DNA from: Deltaproteobacteria bacterium
Lineage (GTDB): Bacteria > Desulfobacterota > Desulfobaccia > Desulfobaccales > 0-14-0-80-60-11
Reading direction: 5' to 3'
NCBI GenBank assembly: GCA_016874975.1
Contig: VGSQ01000004.1
Span: forward strand, 1-61,641
DNA length: 61,641 nucleotides
Shown: positions 55,901-61,641 of the stretch, piece by piece
Numbering within the stretch: position 1 is the stretch's first letter
How the letters are laid out: every line of letters starts with the position of its first letter
Made by a program: the position numbers and the translations under genes
The notes under the pieces: generated by a model
The model's database searches: none
Told to the model about the DNA's origin: nothing
The model's input: only the letters and a program-made list of their open reading frames with translations

Positions 55901-58750
55901 TTACAGCGCCTTGGAGACCGCGACGCCGCCCTTCTTGTCCTTGATATTGGCGTGGGCTGCAGCCATGCGGGCGATGGGGATGCGCATGGGCGAGCAGGAC
56001 ACGTAGTTGAGCCCGATCTTGTGGCAGAACTCAATGGCCTGGGGTTGGCCGCCGTGTTCGCCGCAGATGCCGATCTTCAGGTCGGGGCGGACCTTCCGTC
56101 CTTCCGCCACGGCGTGCTTCATGAGCCAGCCCACCCCCATTTCGTCCAGAATCTCGAAGGGGTTGTGCCGCAGGATGCCTTCCGTGTTGTAGATGGGCAG
56201 GAACTTGTTCTCCGCGTCCTCCCGGGAGAAGGAGAAGGTGCCCTGGGTGAGGTCATTGGTGCCGAAGGAGAAAAATTCCGCCTCCGTAGCGATGCGCGCC
56301 GCCCGGACGCAGGCCCGGGCGATTTCCACCATGGTGCCGAATTTGTAATTGATTTTGACGTTGTAACGCTTCTCCACCTCTTTGTGGATTTTCTCCACCC
56401 GGGGTTTGACCCAGACCAGTTCCTGCACGGTGCAGACGTTGGGGATCATGATTTCCGGTCGGGCGTCGATCTTTTCCCGGAGGGCCAGGGCCGCGGCCTC
56501 AAAGATGGCCTGGATCTGCATGTCATAAATTTCCGGGAAGGAGATGCCACAGCGCACGCCCCGGTTGCCCAGCATGGGGTTGTATTCGTGCAGCACCCTG
56601 ACCCGGCGCAACACCTTTTCCTTCTGTTTGAGGAGCTTCTGGTCCAGCCCCTTGGCCCGGAAGTCACTGAATTCCCGGGTGACCGATTCGATACTGGGCA
56701 GTTGTTTGTACAGCTCCGGGTCCAGCATGGCCACGGTGCCGGGGATCTGCTCCAGGGCGTACATGATCTGGCTGAATTCCCGCAGCCGGTTGACGTCGCT
56801 GATCAACTCCTCGATGGTGGGCAGGAACTCGTGCAGCGGGGGGTCCAGCAGCCGGATGGTGACCGGCAGCCCCTCCATGGCCCGGAAGATTTCCACGAAG
56901 TCGGCGCGCTGCATGGGCAGGAGCTTGCTGGCCCAATGTTTACGCTCCTCGGGGCTGTCGGCCAGGATCATGTTGCGTATCAGGGGCAGGCGGTCGGCCT
57001 CGTTGAACATGCGCTCGGTGCGGCACAGGCCGATGCCCTGGGCGCCGTGCTGGCGGGCCTTCTGGGCCATGTCCGGGGTGTCGGCGTTGGCCCAGACTTC
57101 GATCTTGGCGTACTTGTCGGCCCACTCCATCAGGGTCTTCAGGTCCTTGGGGAGCTCCGGATCCAGCATCGGCACCGAGCCCACATACACTGCGCCGGCG
57201 GTGCCGTCGATGGTGACGATGTCCCCTTCCTTGAGGACCACGCTGCCCACCCGGGCTTCCTTGAGGTCATAATTGATATCCAGGCCTTCCGCCCCGGAGA
57301 CGCAGGGTTTGCCCATGCCCCGGGCGACCACCGCGGCGTGGGAGGTCTTGCCTCCCCGGCTGGTGAGGATGCCCTGGGCCGCAAAAAAGCCATGGATGTC
57401 CTCGGGTTTGGTCTCCACCCGGGTGAGGATGATCTTTTCCCCGGCGCTGCCCATGTGTTCGGCCCGGTCGGCGTCGAAGACCACTTTGCCCGTGGCCGCG
57501 CCGGGTGAGGCCGAGATGCCCACGGCCAGGGGCTCCTGCTTGAAATCCGGGTCGATGCGGCGGTGCAGGAACTGCTCCAGGAACTCCGCCGGGATGCGCA
57601 AGAGGGCCTCCTCCTCGTTGATCAGGCCCTCCTTCACCAGGTCCACCGAGGTCTTGCACAGGGCCCAGGCATTCATCTTGCCGTTGCGGGTCTGGAGCAT
57701 GTACAGCTTGCCCTTCTCGATGGTGAACTCGAAGTCCTGGACCTCCCGATAATGCTTTTCCAGGATGCTGCGCATCTGCTCCAGTTGTTTGTAGATGGCA
57801 GTCATGTCCGTCTTGAGCTCTTTTAAGGGCCTGGGGGTGCGGATGCCGGCCACCACGTCCTCGCCCTGGGCGTTGATCAGGTAGTCGCCGTAGAGGACGT
57901 TTTTGCCCGTGCCCGGGTCCCGGGTGAAGCCCACGCCGGTGGCCGAATCGGTGCCCATGTTGCCGAAGACCATGGTGCAGATGTTCACTGCGGTGCCGTA
58001 GGCCATGTCCGGGGTGATGTTGAACTGGCGGCGGTAGTCCACCGCCCTCTTCCCGGTCCAGGACTTGAAGACGCCCTCGATGGACAGGAAGAGCTGGGCC
58101 CACACATCCTGGGGAAAGGGCCGGCCGGTGTGTTTCTTGATGATGGCTTTGAACTTGTCCACCACCTCGCTCAAGGCCTGGGCGTTGAGTTCGGTGTCCA
58201 CCGTGGCGTGGTGCTGTTCCTTGACGGCTTCAAAAGCCTCGTCGAATTCGGCGTCGGGCACGCCCAGGCCGATCTTGCCGAAGAGCTGCAGGAAGCGCCG
58301 GTAAGCGTCCTGGGCGAAGCGCTCGTCGCCGGTGAGGGCGGCCAATCCCTTGGCCGTGTCGTCGTTCAGTCCCAGGTTGAGGATGGTGTCCATCATCCCC
58401 GGCATGGACAGGGCGGAGCCGGAGCGCACCGACACCAGCAGGGGGTTGTGGGCGTCGCCGAACCCCTTGCCGGTCTTTTTCTCCAGGGCCTCCATGTACT
58501 CATGCACCTCGTCCATGAGTCCGTCGGGGAAGTGGTTCCCCCCGTCCAGGTACTGCACGTTGGCTTCGGTGGTGATGACGAAACCGGGGGGCACCGGCAG
58601 ACCGATCTGGGTCATGCTGCACAGACCGGCTCCCTTGCCGCCCAAAAGTTTTTTATTGGCGCCGTCACCCTCTTCGAAGGCGTAACAATAGCGCTTCTTC
58701 TCCATAACAACCGTCTCCTTCCCGGATTTTTCCGTCTTTTTGCGCGGCAT
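55901..58750 (-). CDS. ppdK: Pyruvate, phosphate dikinase
   Basis: LLGGKGA, PLLVSVRSG, GEDVVAGIRTP, phospho-His GGKTSHAAVVARG, GIGLCRTE, FSFGTNDLTQ, GICGEHGG. Confidence 0.97.
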   Translation of the reverse strand: MPRKKTEKSGKETVVMEKKRYCYAFEEGDGANKKLLGGKGAGLCSMTQIGLPVPPGFVITTEANVQYLDGGNHFPDGLMDEVHEYMEALEKKTGKGFGDAHNPLLVSVRSGSALSMPGMMDTILNLGLNDDTAKGLAALTGDERFAQDAYRRFLQLFGKIGLGVPDAEFDEAFEAVKEQHHATVDTELNAQALSEVVDKFKAIIKKHTGRPFPQDVWAQLFLSIEGVFKSWTGKRAVDYRRQFNITPDMAYGTAVNICTMVFGNMGTDSATGVGFTRDPGTGKNVLYGDYLINAQGEDVVAGIRTPRPLKELKTDMTAIYKQLEQMRSILEKHYREVQDFEFTIEKGKLYMLQTRNGKMNAWALCKTSVDLVKEGLINEEEALLRIPAEFLEQFLHRRIDPDFKQEPLAVGISASPGAATGKVVFDADRAEHMGSAGEKIILTRVETKPEDIHGFFAAQGILTSRGGKTSHAAVVARGMGKPCVSGAEGLDINYDLKEARVGSVVLKEGDIVTIDGTAGAVYVGSVPMLDPELPKDLKTLMEWADKYAKIEVWANADTPDMAQKARQHGAQGIGLCRTERMFNEADRLPLIRNMILADSPEERKHWASKLLPMQRADFVEIFRAMEGLPVTIRLLDPPLHEFLPTIEELISDVNRLREFSQIMYALEQIPGTVAMLDPELYKQLPSIESVTREFSDFRAKGLDQKLLKQKEKVLRRVRVLHEYNPMLGNRGVRCGISFPEIYDMQIQAIFEAAALALREKIDARPEIMIPNVCTVQELVWVKPRVEKIHKEVEKRYNVKINYKFGTMVEIARACVRAARIATEAEFFSFGTNDLTQGTFSFSREDAENKFLPIYNTEGILRHNPFEILDEMGVGWLMKHAVAEGRKVRPDLKIGICGEHGGQPQAIEFCHKIGLNYVSCSPMRIPIARMAAAHANIKDKKGGVAVSKAL

Positions 58751-58831
58751 AGGCATGCTCCTCTCCGTTTTTAGCGCTATTTGTGAAAAATATCAAAAAG
58801 AAAATGCCTGGCTCGGCGAGAGGTCTCCGTT

Positions 58832-59446
58832 TCATCCCTCCTCCCCCTGGGACAGGCGGGCGATTTCGGCCATGATGCGGTCCGTCAGGGCCCGGGCCTG
58901 GGAGGGGTGGGCGGCGCGCAGGGGAGGCCCCAGACGTACCGCCACGTCATACCCCCCGGGTCTTTTCCGGTAGCGGATGCCCACCGGCACAAAGGGCAGC
59001 GGCGCCATGCCCCGGTGTTCCTGGAGACCCAGCAGCATCTGGATGAGGCGGTGTTTGCCGGCCCCCACGCCGCCCAGGATGTAGGTGCCTTCGGGAAAAA
59101 GGACGATAACGGCCCGATCTCTCAACAGGGGAAGCAGGCGCTTGAATGAGGACAAGGTGGCCCGGGGGCGCTCCCGGGCCACCGGCAGCCCGCCCAGGGC
59201 GGAGAGAAATTCCCGCTGGCCGGCCCGCTGAAAGAGTTCCGCTTTGGCGATGTAATGCATGGGGCGGGGCAGAGCCGTCCCCAGCAGGGGGATGTCCTCC
59301 CAGCGCTGGTGTTTGGGGCAGACGATGACCGGACCGGAAGCGGGTAGGAACTCAAGCCCAGACACGTCCAGGGCGAAAAAACACCCCATGGTGCGGCCGA
59401 CGAGCCACTGCATGAAGCGATAGAGGGTGGGACACAGAGAAATCAC
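58832..59446 (-). CDS. Lysophospholipid acyltransferase (PlsC-like)
   Basis: HQRWED (HX4D), AKAELF, FPEGT. Confidence 0.88.
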   Translation of the reverse strand: MISLCPTLYRFMQWLVGRTMGCFFALDVSGLEFLPASGPVIVCPKHQRWEDIPLLGTALPRPMHYIAKAELFQRAGQREFLSALGGLPVARERPRATLSSFKRLLPLLRDRAVIVLFPEGTYILGGVGAGKHRLIQMLLGLQEHRGMAPLPFVPVGIRYRKRPGGYDVAVRLGPPLRAAHPSQARALTDRIMAEIARLSQGEEG

Positions 59447-59550
59447 GGAATCGGGGGCAGACCTCCGCTGCGCGACCTTTCCTTCCCATGTATCAGAGGT
59501 TGCGGTAAAGTGTCAATGAGGAAGACACCAAAGGCGGGAGGGAGGCGATC

Positions 59551-60672
59551 ATGATCTACCTGGATTACAACGCCACCACGCCCGTGGCCCCGGAGGTGGC
59601 CCGGGCCATCGACCTGCACCTGGGGGAGGAATTCGGCAACCCCGGCAGCGACTATGCCCTGGGCCGCCGGGCCCAGGCGGCGGTAGAGCAAGCCCGCAGG
59701 GAGGCGGCGGGTTTGCTGGGGTGCGCCCCCGATGAGGTGGTCTTCACCAGCGGCGCCACCGAAGCCAACAACCTGGCGCTCAAGGGGGTGGCCTGGCATT
59801 TCGGCCGGGGGCGCATCCTCAGCAGCGCGGTGGAGCACCCCGCGGTGCGCCAGCCCCTGGCCTTCCTGGCCGCAGAGGGCTTTGACGTCACCATGCTGCC
59901 TGTGGACGGGGACGGTCTGGTGGACCCGGAGGCGGTGCGCCGGGCTTTGACCCCGGACACCATCCTCATCAGCGTCATGCACGCCAACAACGAGACCGGG
60001 GCCATCCAGCCCATTGCCGAGATCGGCGCCGTCGCCCGGGAGGCCGGGGTGCTGCTGCACACCGACGCGGCCCAGAGCGTGGGGAAAATCCCGGTCAACG
60101 TGGACGATCTGAAAGTCGATTACCTCACCCTGGCCGGGCACAAGATGTATGCCCCCAAAGGGGTGGGGGCGCTCTACGTGCGCCGGGGCTCGCCCCTGGC
60201 GCCGCTGCTGCACGGAGCCTCCCAGGAGGGGGGCCGACGGGCCGGCACCGAGAACGTCCCCTACCTGGCCGGCCTGGGGGAAGCCTGCCGCCTGGGCCGG
60301 GAGGGTCTGAGCGATTTCATGACGCGGGTTGCGGCCCTGCGGGACCTGCTGCACCGGCGCCTCCGGGAGGGCTTTCCCCAACTCATCCTCAACGGGCCCC
60401 CGGACGCCCGCCTCCCCAACACCCTGAACGTGTCTTTTCCAGGCTTTTCGGGCCGGCGCATCCTGGCGGCGCTGCCCGAACTGGCTGCTTCTCTCGGGGC
60501 CGCCTGCCACGGCGACCTGGAGGAGCCCTCCCCCGTCCTCACCGCCATGGGCCTGCCCCGGGACCTGGCCCTGAGCGCCGTGCGCCTGAGTCTGGGCCGC
60601 CCCACCTCCCGGGAAGAGGTGGAACGGGCCGCGGAGCTGCTTCTGGGGGCGCTGCAACGCCTGACCGGTTGA
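59551..60672 (+). CDS. Cysteine desulfurase family (group I NifS/IscS-like)
   Basis: YLDYNATTP, FTSGATEANN, ANNETG, HTDAAQ, PLP lysine GHKMY.PKG, GTEN, catalytic Cys in GAACH. Confidence 0.93.
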   Translation: MIYLDYNATTPVAPEVARAIDLHLGEEFGNPGSDYALGRRAQAAVEQARREAAGLLGCAPDEVVFTSGATEANNLALKGVAWHFGRGRILSSAVEHPAVRQPLAFLAAEGFDVTMLPVDGDGLVDPEAVRRALTPDTILISVMHANNETGAIQPIAEIGAVAREAGVLLHTDAAQSVGKIPVNVDDLKVDYLTLAGHKMYAPKGVGALYVRRGSPLAPLLHGASQEGGRRAGTENVPYLAGLGEACRLGREGLSDFMTRVAALRDLLHRRLREGFPQLILNGPPDARLPNTLNVSFPGFSGRRILAALPELAASLGAACHGDLEEPSPVLTAMGLPRDLALSAVRLSLGRPTSREEVERAAELLLGALQRLTG

Positions 60673-60892
60673 GGGCCCGGGCCCATGCCCCGCCTCACCC
60701 GGCCCCCCAGAGGTGCCCACAGGGTGAAAGACAAACGTCGCTCCCTCCTTGTCTGGAGCAGCCAGGCAAGTATAATGGGATGGGGCCGGCAGGGGGCAGG
60801 GGCCGGCATGAAAGACGCCGGCAGGTTTTCTGCCGGGCCGAAACAACCTCCCGGATTTCCCGGGAAAGTTGGCGGCAAAGGGGATCGTCGCA

Positions 60893-61641
60893 ATGAAGCG
60901 CAAGGTGCTCATCCTGCTGCTGGTGTTGGCGGCGGCGGGGGCCGTGGGTTATTATCTGCTGCTCCGGACCAAAGCGGCCCCTTCCGGGGAGTTGCGCCTT
61001 GCCGGGCACATCGAGGCCACGGAGACGAACCTGGGCTTCAAGGTGCCCGGCGCCATCGCCGCCATCCACTTCCAGGAAGGGCAGGAGGTGCAGGCCGGCC
61101 AGGTGGTGGCGGAATTGGAGTCCGGCGACCTGCGCCAGGAGGTGGCCGTGGCCGCCGGCCGCCTGGCCGCGGCCCGGGCCAACCTGACCCGGCTGGAGAA
61201 CGGCTTCCGCCCCGAGGAGGTGCGCGAGGCCCAGGCCGCGGCGGCCCAGGCCCGGGCCGATTATGTGGACCGGGAGCGGGATTACCGGCGCATGGAAAAC
61301 CTCTTCCGCCGCAAGGTGGTGTCCGCCTCCACCCGGGACAAGGCCGAAGCCGCCTATCTGATGTCCCGGGAGGCCCTGCGCCGGGCCCAGGAGACCTATG
61401 ACCTGCGCCGCCGGGGCTACCGCCGGGAGGACATCGAGGCCGGGCGGGCGGACGTGCAGGCGGCCATGGCCCAACTGGAGCTGGCCAGGACCCGCCTGGG
61501 CTACGCCACCATCACCACGCCCGTCGCCGGGGTGGTGCTGGCCCGTCCCGCCGAGCCCGGCCAGGTGGTCCAGGTGGGCGCCACCGTCCTCACCCTGGGC
61601 GATCTGGACAATGTCTGGTTCGAGGGCTGGATCCCCGAAAC
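60893..61641 (+). CDS. HlyD-family efflux periplasmic adaptor (runs off the window end)
   Basis: MKRKVLILLLVLAAAG..., G.IEA.E..LGFKV.G, EG..V..GQ, coiled-coil hairpin, I..PV.GVV. Confidence 0.9.
   Translation, partial: MKRKVLILLLVLAAAGAVGYYLLLRTKAAPSGELRLAGHIEATETNLGFKVPGAIAAIHFQEGQEVQAGQVVAELESGDLRQEVAVAAGRLAAARANLTRLENGFRPEEVREAQAAAAQARADYVDRERDYRRMENLFRRKVVSASTRDKAEAAYLMSREALRRAQETYDLRRRGYRREDIEAGRADVQAAMAQLELARTRLGYATITTPVAGVVLARPAEPGQVVQVGATVLTLGDLDNVWFEGWIPE

Noticed and set aside
1-61641. tRNA/rRNA genes, prophage, integron integrase, autonomous IS, selenocysteine read-through
   Set aside because: No cloverleaf or rRNA signature, phage, integrase or transposase ORF, or in-frame TGA interruption was recognised by eye; tRNAscan and cmscan were not run.

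Overview
GC-rich bacterial chromosomal window; gene content and order suggest an anaerobic Desulfobacterota/deltaproteobacterium (inference). It is mostly housekeeping: DUF465-ilvB-ilvN-ilvC-psd-pssA, pyrR, hpnI, larB, two-subunit Fe-S fumarate hydratase plus an orphan histidine kinase, PBP1A, proB-proA-nadD-rsfS-M48 peptidase, an 11-gene complex I-like operon without nuoEFG, a porin, an IspH-UbiA fusion, ppdK, a cysteine desulfurase and a partial HlyD adaptor. I recognised no tRNA, rRNA, CRISPR array, integrase or transposase. The unusual part is non-coding. Many of the larger intergenic gaps are mosaics of short palindromic repeat families and non-autonomous MITE-like elements, some nested. 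These include a 210-bp TIR element with 11-bp target duplications that twice landed inside C/G-rich palindromes, and a ~135-bp dispersed repeat carrying a sigma54-type promoter motif. There is also a toxin-antitoxin cluster between proB and proA with a disrupted hicBA pair missed by the ORF track, a GxxExxY gene remnant, and two candidate structured ncRNAs. Product calls come from motif recognition by eye; no database search was run.
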